From the NCBI GenBank assembly GCA_963851265.1, contig CAWKNZ010000002.1:1536001-1600000 (forward strand): a stretch of 64,000 bases of DNA. The letters are read 5' to 3'. This document shows, in pieces, positions 28,795-37,480 of the stretch (within the stretch, counting starts at the first letter, position 1; the number at the start of each line of letters is the position of its first letter). A program made the translations under genes and the position numbers. This DNA comes from an uncultured Gemmatimonadales bacterium (GTDB lineage: Bacteria; Gemmatimonadota; Gemmatimonadetes; Gemmatimonadales; Gemmatimonadaceae). The notes beneath the pieces are model-generated. The model did no database searches. It saw only the letters and a program-made list of their open reading frames with translations, and was not told where the DNA came from.

Positions 28795-31700
28795 TCAGTC
28801 CTCGCTGGGGGTCTTGCGGAGACTCACGTACACGGCCGCGCCGTCGACGTCCAGAGTCCGCGAAACCGCGGAAGTTAGCGGGTCCGAGCTGACGTCGTCG
28901 CCGCCGACGTCGAGCGCGGTGGCGAGTACCTCGCCCGCCACGTACGTGGCGTGTCCGCGAACGGCGGCCTCGACTTCCGCGTTCCCCGAAACCCGAAGCG
29001 CGATCCGGTCGCTGACCTCGAGGCCGATCTCCTTCCGCAACCGTTGCACGCGACTGACCACCTCGCGCGCGACGCCTTCGGCGCGCAGCTCGGGTGACAC
29101 GGTAACGTCGAGCGCCGCGACGTACCCGCCCTCCTCCTGCACGGCGTACGCACCCGCCGTCCGTCGGAGGATCGTGAGGTCGCCGGGTTCGAGCGGGTGA
29201 TCGACGCCGTCGACGGCGATCGAAACCGACTCGCCGCGCTCGAACGCGTGGAGGGTGTCCGGCCCGAGCGCGGCGACCGCCTGTGCCGCGAGCGGCGTCG
29301 ACTTGCCGAAGCGCTTCCCGAGCGCGCGAAAGTTGGCCTTCGCTTCGAGCGTCACCAGCGCGTCGCCGCTCGTCGCCCACTGGACGGCCTTCACGTTCAG
29401 TTCGGCGGCCAGCAGCGGGGCGAGCGCGTGCAGCGCCTCGACCGCACGCGATTCGTGCAGCGGTGCTACCGCGACCAGCGCGCCGAGCGGCTGACGGACA
29501 CCGATGCCGACCTCCGTCCGCGCCGCGCGGCCGAGGTTCACGATTCGGCGAATCGCGTCCATCGCCACGGCGAGCGCGTGCGCGGCGCCCGCATCGTGAG
29601 CCGTCGCGGGCGGGTCGGGACGGACGTAATCGGCGAGGTGGACGCTCGCGCCGGTATCCAGGCCGCCGGTGAGTGCGCGGTGCAACCAGTCGGCGACGAA
29701 CGGCGCGAACGGCGCGAGGAGGCGCGCGGTCACGAGCAGCACTTCGTGCAGCGTCGCGAAGGCGGCGCGCTGGTCGTCGGTCGTGACGTCGTAGAAGCGG
29801 GCCCGCGAGAGGCGCAGGTACCACTTGCTGACGTCCGCGTCGAAGAATTCGACGACGCGGCGCGCCGCCGCCGTCGGGTCGAGCGCGTCGAGCAGCGCGT
29901 CGGCCTCGCGCTCGACGTCGGCGAGGCGGCCGAGCACCCAGCGGTCGAGCGCGGGGCGGTCGGCCGCGCGCGGGTCGGCTTCGGATGGCGTCCAGCCAAA
30001 GTTCGCGTACAGCGCGAAGAACGCGTAAACGTTCTTGAGCGTGATCAGGAAATTGCCCGCGGTCTGACGGATTTGTGCCTCGTCGAACGCGAGCGGCTTC
30101 CAGACCTCGCTGGAGCTGACCAGGAACAGCCGCGCCGCATCTGCCCCGTGCCGCTCCATCACGGCCCACGGGTCGACCGTGTTGCCGCGACTCTTGGACA
30201 TCTTCTGCCCGTCGGCGTCGTTGACGAGGCCGTTGACGATGACCGCGCGGTACGGCGCGGGCGCCGTGCCGGCGTTGTTCGGCAGCGCGTCGCCGAGCCC
30301 GGTCGCGATCGCGAGCAGCGAGTAGAACCACCCGCGCGTCTGGTCCTGCCCTTCGGCGATGAAGTCGGCCGGAAACTGTCGCGCGACGACCTCTTGGTTC
30401 TCGAACGGGTAGTGCCACTGCGCGAACGGCATCGAACCCGAGTCGAACCACGCGTCGACCACCTGCGACACGCGGCGCATGGTCCCGCGGCCGCTCGGGG
30501 CCGGCCACGTGTACTCGTCGATGAACGGCTTGTGTGGATCGAACTCGCCGGGGAGTGCGCGGCCGACCTTCTCGGCCAACTCGGCGAACGAACCGACTAC
30601 CTCCACCTCGTTCGGGTCGGCGTCGTTGACCCAGATCGGGAGCGGCGTGCCCCAGTACCGGTCCCGCGAGACCGCCCAATCGATGTTGCCTTCCAGCCAC
30701 TGGCCGAAGCGACCGGTGCCGACGCTCTCGGGGTGCCAGTCGACCTCGGCGTTGCGCGCGAGCATCGCGTCCTTGTACGCGGTCGTGCGGACGAACCACG
30801 ACGAGCGGGCGTAGTACAGGAGCGGCGTGCCGCAGCGCCAGCAGTGCGGGTAGCTGTGCAGGAAAGCCGACGCCTTCCAGAGCACGTCGCGGCGGCGCAA
30901 TTCCTCGATGATCGCCGCGTCGGCGCGCTTGACGAAGGTGCCGCCGACCACCGGGATGCCCGCGTCGAACTCGCCGCGGGCGTTCACCGGCTGCACGAAA
31001 GCGAGCGCGTGCCGCTGCCCCGCCCCGTAGTCGTCGGCGCCGAACGCGGGCGCCATGTGCACCACGCCCGAGCCGTCGTCGGCCGAGACGAACTCCTCGG
31101 CGACGATGACCTCGTGCGCGCCGGCGCCGGGCGCGCCGTCCGCCGGGTAGGCGACCCAGTCGAGCGGCCGGCGGTACCGCCGGCCGGCGAGCTCGCTCCC
31201 GCGCAGCCGGGCGACGACGTCCCAGCGGTCCGCCCAGTCGGCGCCTAACACGCCCGCGGCACGCGCCTCGGCGAGCAGGATCGTCCACCCGTCGTCGGCC
31301 GCCGCGTCGCGCCCGCGCTTCCGCAGCTCCACGTACTCGAGCGCCGGGTTGACGGCGAGCGCCGTGTTGGAAACGAGCGTCCAGGGCGTGGTCGTCCAGA
31401 CCAGGATGCGCCTGCGGCCAGCCGGCGCAGCGCCGTCCGCCGGGACGAGGTCGAGCGCGACGTACACGCTCGGGTCCTCGACGTCCTTGTAGCCCTGGGC
31501 GACCTCGTGACTCGAAAGCGTCGTCTCGCAGCGCGGGCAGTACGGCAGGACCTTGTGCCCCTGCAGGAGCAGGCCGCGCCGGTGCAGCGTCGCGAGCGCC
31601 CACCAGACGCTCTCGACGTAGTCGTTGGTGTACGTGACGTACGGGCGGTCGTAGTCGAGCCAGTACGCCATGCGGGCGGACAGCTGCTCCCACTCGCCGC

Positions 31701-32127
31701 GGTAGCGGAACACGCTCTCGCGGCAGAGTCGGTTGAACTCCGCCACGCCGACGCGCTCGATGTCCTGCTTGCCGCTGATGCCTAACGCCTTCTCGATCTC
31801 GATCTCGACGGGGAGGCCGTGGGTGTCCCACCCGGCCTTGCGGGGCACGTCGTACCCGCGCATCGCGCGGTGGCGGCAGACGAGGTCCTTGACCGTGCGG
31901 GCGAACACGTGGTGGATGCCGGGGCGCCCATTGGCGGTCGGCGGACCCTCGTAGAAGACGAACGGCGGCCCGCCCGCCCGGGACGCCCGCGCCCGCTCGA
32001 ACAAGTGCTCGGCCCGCCAGCGCTCGAGCATGCCCTCCTCGAGCTCGCGCTGCGGGCGGTCGGGAGCGAGCGTCGGATAGGCGACGAACTCGCCCGCGGC
32101 GGGCGCGTCGACGTCGGCCGTGCTCAC
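28795..32127 (-). CDS. ileS: Isoleucine--tRNA ligase, type 2
   Basis: EGPPTANGRPGIHH, GWDTHGLP, WTTTPWTL, DWAVSRDRYWGTP, EGQDQTRGWF, KMSKS; long C-terminus without the IleRS1 zinc finger. Confidence 0.97.
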   Translation of the reverse strand: MSTADVDAPAAGEFVAYPTLAPDRPQRELEEGMLERWRAEHLFERARASRAGGPPFVFYEGPPTANGRPGIHHVFARTVKDLVCRHRAMRGYDVPRKAGWDTHGLPVEIEIEKALGISGKQDIERVGVAEFNRLCRESVFRYRGEWEQLSARMAYWLDYDRPYVTYTNDYVESVWWALATLHRRGLLLQGHKVLPYCPRCETTLSSHEVAQGYKDVEDPSVYVALDLVPADGAAPAGRRRILVWTTTPWTLVSNTALAVNPALEYVELRKRGRDAAADDGWTILLAEARAAGVLGADWADRWDVVARLRGSELAGRRYRRPLDWVAYPADGAPGAGAHEVIVAEEFVSADDGSGVVHMAPAFGADDYGAGQRHALAFVQPVNARGEFDAGIPVVGGTFVKRADAAIIEELRRRDVLWKASAFLHSYPHCWRCGTPLLYYARSSWFVRTTAYKDAMLARNAEVDWHPESVGTGRFGQWLEGNIDWAVSRDRYWGTPLPIWVNDADPNEVEVVGSFAELAEKVGRALPGEFDPHKPFIDEYTWPAPSGRGTMRRVSQVVDAWFDSGSMPFAQWHYPFENQEVVARQFPADFIAEGQDQTRGWFYSLLAIATGLGDALPNNAGTAPAPYRAVIVNGLVNDADGQKMSKSRGNTVDPWAVMERHGADAARLFLVSSSEVWKPLAFDEAQIRQTAGNFLITLKNVYAFFALYANFGWTPSEADPRAADRPALDRWVLGRLADVEREADALLDALDPTAAARRVVEFFDADVSKWYLRLSRARFYDVTTDDQRAAFATLHEVLLVTARLLAPFAPFVADWLHRALTGGLDTGASVHLADYVRPDPPATAHDAGAAHALAVAMDAIRRIVNLGRAARTEVGIGVRQPLGALVAVAPLHESRAVEALHALAPLLAAELNVKAVQWATSGDALVTLEAKANFRALGKRFGKSTPLAAQAVAALGPDTLHAFERGESVSIAVDGVDHPLEPGDLTILRRTAGAYAVQEEGGYVAALDVTVSPELRAEGVAREVVSRVQRLRKEIGLEVSDRIALRVSGNAEVEAAVRGHATYVAGEVLATALDVGGDDVSSDPLTSAVSRTLDVDGAAVYVSLRKTPSED

Positions 32128-32735
32128 GCCGCGGCCTCGGCGTGCTCCGCGGTGACCGACACGGCGCCGTCGGTCAGCGCGGCGCGCGCGCGCACCGGCG
32201 GCAGGGTCCGCTGCTCGGCGACCGAGAGCTCGGCGAGCTGACGCTCGGCCAGCAGGCGAAGCTGCGCGAGGTACGTGCGGTGCACCCGGTCGAGGGATTC
32301 GGCTTCCTCTTCCAGACGGCGCAGCTCGCCGCGACGCTCCTCGGTGTGCCGGTGCGCCTCACCGCGCGCCGCCTCGACCATGCGCGCCGCCTCCTCGCGG
32401 GCCGCGCGAACGACGCGCTCGGCCTCGGTCTGGGCTTCGCGCTTGAGCAGTTCGGCCTCGCGCTCGGCCGCCTCGCGCGTCTCGGCGCGGAGCTGCTGCG
32501 CGGCGATGAGGGCCTCGCTCATGGCGCGGTCGCGGTCGCGGAAGGCGCGCAGCTGTTCGTGGAAGTTGCGCGCCTTCTGCTCCAGCTCCTGCGTCACGCG
32601 CGTGAGGCGCTCGAGCTCGGCCGCGACCTGCTCCTTGAACTGGTCCACGAGCGCGCGGTCGTAGCCGCGCATCGCGCGGCCGAACTCGTAGCGCCGCACG
32701 TCGAGCGGCGTCAGGCGGAAGGTGTCGTCGGCCAT
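32124..32735 (-). CDS. divIVA: DivIVA domain protein
   Basis: LTPLDVRRYEFGRAMRGYD N-terminal motif followed by a long coiled coil. Confidence 0.88.
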   Translation of the reverse strand: MADDTFRLTPLDVRRYEFGRAMRGYDRALVDQFKEQVAAELERLTRVTQELEQKARNFHEQLRAFRDRDRAMSEALIAAQQLRAETREAAEREAELLKREAQTEAERVVRAAREEAARMVEAARGEAHRHTEERRGELRRLEEEAESLDRVHRTYLAQLRLLAERQLAELSVAEQRTLPPVRARAALTDGAVSVTAEHAEAAA

Positions 32736-32791
32736 GAGGGGAGCAAGCGGGAGCGGTGGGCGCCCGCGGGGGCGCCCGTACACGGATCGTG

Positions 32792-33511
32792 TTAGGCGCG
32801 GACGCCGAAGAGCGCGCTGCCGAGCCGGACGAGCGTCGCGCCCTCCTCAACGGCGATTTCGTAGTCGCCGCTCATGCCCATCGACAGCTCGGCCGCGGGG
32901 TGGCCGGCCTCGACGAGGACGGCGCGCGCTGCACGCGCGCCTGCGAAGATCGTCCGCAGCGCGCGCTCGTCGGCGTCGAGGGGGGCGATCGTCATCACGC
33001 CGCGCACCACCACCCCGGGAAGGGTGGTGAGACGCTCGGCTTCTGGGCGTACGAGATCGGCATCGTAGCCGCCCTTCGACGCCTCGCCGCTGACGTTCAG
33101 TTGCAGCAGGACGTCGACGGGTCGGTGCCGCGCCACGCCGTGCTCATGCAGCGCGTCGGCGAGGCGAGCGCTGTCGCACGAGTGGATGAGCGAGAAGCCG
33201 TCGACCTGACGCACCTTGTTGCGCTGCAGGTGGCCGATGAGGTGCCACCGGACCGGCACCCCCACTGCGGTCATCTTTCCGACGGCTTCCTGGACCCGGT
33301 TCTCGCCGACGTCGTGCACGCCCGCTGCCCACGCGTCACTCACCACCTCGGCCGGGTGCGTCTTCGTGACGGCGACGAGGGTGACGTGTTGCGAGTGGCC
33401 CCCGCGCTGGACCGCAGCCGCGATGCGCGCCCTGGCCTCCGCCACGCGCTCGGCCACCGGCGACGCGGCGGGCGAGCTGTGTGGAGCTAGATGCATGTGG
33501 GGCAACGACAT
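32792..33511 (-). CDS. yggS: PLP homeostasis protein YggS
   Basis: VAVTKT, GENRVQE, WHLIGHLQRNK, LSMGMSGDY, VRLGSALFG. Confidence 0.95.
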   Translation of the reverse strand: MSLPHMHLAPHSSPAASPVAERVAEARARIAAAVQRGGHSQHVTLVAVTKTHPAEVVSDAWAAGVHDVGENRVQEAVGKMTAVGVPVRWHLIGHLQRNKVRQVDGFSLIHSCDSARLADALHEHGVARHRPVDVLLQLNVSGEASKGGYDADLVRPEAERLTTLPGVVVRGVMTIAPLDADERALRTIFAGARAARAVLVEAGHPAAELSMGMSGDYEIAVEEGATLVRLGSALFGVRA

Positions 33512-33521
33512 GCGCGGTAAG

Positions 33522-35705
33522 CTACCTCGCCTCGCAGGGGCCCTCAAGGGAACGCGGCCGCGGCGTCGCCCGAAGTGCAGGCGCCACCGGTCCGCCGCTG
33601 GACGCTGCGAGGACGGCCGCGGGACACGCGAGTTGGCGATACGCCCACGCGACGACACCGTCGCCCGTGCTGTCGCGGAGCCAGGCGGCGTCGATACGCG
33701 GCACGCGCGCCGCCGCTGCCGCGAGCGCGCGACGATCCCCGAGCGCCGCACCGGCCGCGGACGAGAGCGGCGGCGCGATCACAATGACCCCGGCGTCGCC
33801 GCGTCCGGCGGTCCGATCGGGTACCCACTCGACGGTGAGGCCGCGGAGCTGCCATGTGCCCCGGCCGTCCGCGATCGCGGCACGCGTCGCGTCGTCGGTC
33901 GCGAGCGTCACGGCGACGGGGCGACCGGCTCGCGCGGCGCGTGCCGCGACGGCCGCGACGGTCGCCGTCGAACCGAGCCAGACATCGACGGCGTGCCGAT
34001 CGAGGAGCCCACCCCGCCGGGCGAGTTCGGCCCTGTACCAACGCGCCGGAAGGAGCGAGACGGTCACCGTCGTCACGTCGCGCCGCAAACCGAGCGCCGT
34101 CTGCGCCTGCCAGAGTGGATACGTGTCGTTATCCGCGTTGACGAACACCACGGCGCGCGCCGGCGCGTTCTCGAGCAGCGCGCGCGCGTACGCGCCCGCG
34201 GCGTACGCTGCGGGAAGGCGGGTTCGGGTCGCCGCCGACCAGTTGAGCGCGAGCGGCAGCGACGCGAGGCCGACGCCGATCGCACCTGCGGGGGCGCGCG
34301 ACGGCGCGCGCGTCGACCGCGTTAGGCGGCGCGCCGAGGCGACCGCACCGATGCCCGCCCACACGCCCCACGCCCACCAGGCGAGCACGAAGAAGTAGTC
34401 GCGCTCGCGCGCCTCGTGCGGGGCGCTATCGGGGAGCACGCCCGCGCCGAAGCTCGGGCCGGCCTTCAGGTTGAGGTAGCACGCCACGCCTATGCTACCC
34501 GCGACGAGCACGAGGAGCAGCGCGACCCACGACCGGCGATCGCGGCCCCGGTGCCACGCCGAGCCATGGGCGCCGAGGAGAACGAACGCGATCGTGATCG
34601 GCGTTCGCGTCCAGCTCGGCGCCACGTCGGGCGCGACGCCGAGCGCGACCTGCCAGTCGGCCCACTCGCCGAGGTTGGCGAGCTGGAGCCACCACGGGGC
34701 CTGACGGGGCCAGAGGGGCGCGACGGCGTACTGCCGACGCGCGACCGCCGACACGAGACGCGCCCACGTCGATGGGTCGCCCTGATTGAGCCACGGATCG
34801 TGCGCGGCGCGGACCAGGAGGATGAGCGTGGCGGAAACGGCCACGGCACTCGCGAGCGCGATCGCGCCCGCGTCGATCGCGGCGGCCGGTCGGGCGGCGT
34901 CCGCGCCGGGCGTGGCGCCACGTCGTGCGCGTCGCGCGTGTACCGCGCAGGCGATCAGCCCCGCGCCGCCAAGCGCGACGAGGGAGCCGCGTCCCGTTCC
35001 GACTCCGGCGACGGACACCGCCGCGGCCGCGAGTGACGCGGCGCGCGTGCGCGCAAACCCGCGCGATACGCCTAACGTCGCGCGCTCGTCGCTCGCGGCG
35101 GCCGGCACCGACGCGAGCCATGCGGCCGCGGGGGACACGACGAGCGCGCTCAGGTGCAGCGGAACCGCGAGTGCGAGCGCGTACGCCGTTGCCGCTGTCG
35201 CGCGAGCACCCTGTTCGGCCCCGCCGCGCGTACCCAAACGCCTGCCCGCGTGCTCCGCCGCGACCAGGGCAGCGCAGGCGAGCGCGAGCGACGCGGCGTA
35301 GACCTCGGCCTCGGTCGCGTTCGCCCACACCGTGGTCATCGTCCCGGCGCAGATCGCGGCGGCGACTCCACAGCCACGGTCGCGCGTCCACCGCGCCACG
35401 AGCCACGCGGTGCACCCGCCGGCCGCGGCGGTGCACGCGGCCGAGAACAGGTTGCCGGCGAGCGCCTCGCGCGCGCCGAGCAGGCCCGCGCCCAGCACCC
35501 ACACCCGGCCGATCGCCACGAAGAGCGGCGTTCCCGGGGGGTGCGGGATCCCGAACGTGGCGAACGCTGCGAGGAACTCTCCCGCATCCCAGAACGTCAC
35601 GTCGGGCGCGGCGGTCGCCGAGTACACGACGGCGAGGACGAGTGTCGCGAGCACCGCGGCGGCCCGCGGCGAGCCGTCCCGCGCGGTCGACCCGCGCGCG
35701 GTCAA
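33522..35705 (-). CDS. DUF2723 (TMEM260-like, GT-C fold) multi-pass membrane protein
   Basis: PDVTFWDAGEF…GIPHPPGTPLF, ATEAEVY, EARERDYFF, DNDTYPLW; TTG start overlaps the cdaA stop. Confidence 0.82.
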   Translation of the reverse strand: MTARGSTARDGSPRAAAVLATLVLAVVYSATAAPDVTFWDAGEFLAAFATFGIPHPPGTPLFVAIGRVWVLGAGLLGAREALAGNLFSAACTAAAGGCTAWLVARWTRDRGCGVAAAICAGTMTTVWANATEAEVYAASLALACAALVAAEHAGRRLGTRGGAEQGARATAATAYALALAVPLHLSALVVSPAAAWLASVPAAASDERATLGVSRGFARTRAASLAAAAVSVAGVGTGRGSLVALGGAGLIACAVHARRARRGATPGADAARPAAAIDAGAIALASAVAVSATLILLVRAAHDPWLNQGDPSTWARLVSAVARRQYAVAPLWPRQAPWWLQLANLGEWADWQVALGVAPDVAPSWTRTPITIAFVLLGAHGSAWHRGRDRRSWVALLLVLVAGSIGVACYLNLKAGPSFGAGVLPDSAPHEARERDYFFVLAWWAWGVWAGIGAVASARRLTRSTRAPSRAPAGAIGVGLASLPLALNWSAATRTRLPAAYAAGAYARALLENAPARAVVFVNADNDTYPLWQAQTALGLRRDVTTVTVSLLPARWYRAELARRGGLLDRHAVDVWLGSTATVAAVAARAARAGRPVAVTLATDDATRAAIADGRGTWQLRGLTVEWVPDRTAGRGDAGVIVIAPPLSSAAGAALGDRRALAAAAARVPRIDAAWLRDSTGDGVVAWAYRQLACPAAVLAASSGGPVAPALRATPRPRSLEGPCEAR

Positions 35706-36511
35706 CCGGCGAGCGGGATGGTGGCGTACTCGGACGTGCGCCCGCCGCGCCCGCGCAGGAGGTCGCGCAGCTCTGCCGGCTGGAGCGCGCGTCGGAGGCG
35801 CCCGTCCACGGCGAGCGACACGGTCCCAGTCTCCTCACTGACGACCACGACGAGGGCGTCGCTCTCCTCGCTCAGGCCGAGCGCGGCGCGGTGCCGGGTG
35901 CCTAACGACCGGTCGTCGACGCGCGCCTGCGAGAGCGGCAGAATGCACCCCGCACCGACGATCGTGTCGCCGCGCACGACGACGGCGCCGTCGTGCAGCG
36001 GCGAGTACGGCGTGAAAATCGTCGCCAGCAGGTCGCCAGAGACCTTCGCGTTGAGCAGCGTTCCCGTCTCGAGCACGTCGCCGAGCGAGACCTCGCGTTC
36101 GAGCGCCACGATGGCGCCGGTGCTCGACCGGCTCAGGCGCTCGACCGCGTCGCCGATCTCGTCGACGACTTCGTCCTCTTCGAGTGCGCGGACGAGGCGC
36201 GTGGTTCGCGGTTGCGTCAGGTGCAGCACCGTCGCCCGGAGCTCCGGCTGGAACGCGACGAGCGCGACGAACGGCAGATACCGGACCGCGGCCGCGAGGA
36301 GCGTTCCGAGCAGCGTGAGTTCGAGCGCCCACGCGACGCCGTACGCGACGGCGAGGACGAGCAACGCGACCACGAGTTGAACGGCGCGCGCGCCGCGGAC
36401 GACGCGCAGCATGCGGTACGCGACCCACCCGACCACTCCGACGTCGAGCACGTCGCGCCAGCCGACGTGGAAGGCGTCGCCGAGCGCGCGGGAGAGGTCG
36501 GGGGTCGGCAT
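35702..36511 (-). CDS. cdaA: Diadenylate cyclase CdaA/DacA
   Basis: Three N-terminal TMs, FQPELR, GAIVALER, PLHDGA, LGTRHRAALG. Confidence 0.92.
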   Translation of the reverse strand: MPTPDLSRALGDAFHVGWRDVLDVGVVGWVAYRMLRVVRGARAVQLVVALLVLAVAYGVAWALELTLLGTLLAAAVRYLPFVALVAFQPELRATVLHLTQPRTTRLVRALEEDEVVDEIGDAVERLSRSSTGAIVALEREVSLGDVLETGTLLNAKVSGDLLATIFTPYSPLHDGAVVVRGDTIVGAGCILPLSQARVDDRSLGTRHRAALGLSEESDALVVVVSEETGTVSLAVDGRLRRALQPAELRDLLRGRGGRTSEYATIPLAG

Positions 36512-36580
36512 GCGCCGAAGCTAGTCCCCTGGCGCGGACGGATGGACCCCCGCGCCCCCGCGCCCCTCGCCTCGGTCCCG

Positions 36581-37474
36581 CTACCGCCGGCGGAGGATTG
36601 CCCAGGCGACGTCGAGGGCCTCCCGGTGCGCGCGGACGTCGTGCACCCGGAACAGGCCGGCGCCACGGGCCAGCGCCGCGACGTGCGCGCCGACGGTGGC
36701 CGCCACGCGAGCGGCGGGGTCGGCGACGCCGCTCAGCTCCCCGACGAACCGCTTACGCGATGCGCCGACGAGCAAGGGGCGGCCGAGGGCGGCAATCACG
36801 GGCAGTCCCGCGAGCACCGCCACCGAGGCGTCCGTGCGTTTGGCGAACCCGACTCCCGGGTCGAGCACGACGGCTTCGGCCGCGATCCCCGCCGCGCCTG
36901 CGCGCGCGAGCGCGTCGCGCAACTCGGCCCGGACCTCGTCGAGCACGTCGTCGTAGGTCGCATGCGCGTACGTCGCCATGTCGGCCACGCGCCCGCGCGA
37001 GTGCATGAGGATCACGCCGGCACCGGCCGCCGCGCACACTCCGGCGAGCGCCGGATCGAGGCGCAGCCCCGCCACGTCGTTCACGACGTCGGCGCCGGCG
37101 TCGAGCGCGGCGCGCGCGACCTCGGCCTTCACCGTATCCACCGAGATCGCGATCGCTGGATGCGCGCGGCGGATGGCCTCGATCACCGGGACTACCCGCG
37201 CGCGCTCGTCGCCGGCGTCAACGCCGCCACCGTTGTGCGGACGCGTCGACTCGCCGCCGACGTCGATCGCGTCCGCGCCCTCCGCGACGAGCGCGTCGGC
37301 GTGTGCCAACGCGCGACCGAGGTCGTCATAGCGACCGCCATCGCTGAAGCTGTCCGGCGTGACGTTGAGCACGCCGAAGATGAACGGCCGGTCGAGTACG
37401 AGCGAGCGGCCGCGGATCCGCCACGTGGGCGCGTCCGCGGCGGCTGGTTGGTGACCGGCCGGCGTCGCGGTCAC
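36581..37474 (-). CDS. folP: Dihydropteroate synthase
   Basis: GVLNVTPDSFSDGG, DVGGESTRP, DPGVGFAK, GASRKRF, RVHDV. Confidence 0.96.
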   Translation of the reverse strand: MTATPAGHQPAAADAPTWRIRGRSLVLDRPFIFGVLNVTPDSFSDGGRYDDLGRALAHADALVAEGADAIDVGGESTRPHNGGGVDAGDERARVVPVIEAIRRAHPAIAISVDTVKAEVARAALDAGADVVNDVAGLRLDPALAGVCAAAGAGVILMHSRGRVADMATYAHATYDDVLDEVRAELRDALARAGAAGIAAEAVVLDPGVGFAKRTDASVAVLAGLPVIAALGRPLLVGASRKRFVGELSGVADPAARVAATVGAHVAALARGAGLFRVHDVRAHREALDVAWAILRRR

Positions 37475-37480
37475 CGCAGA

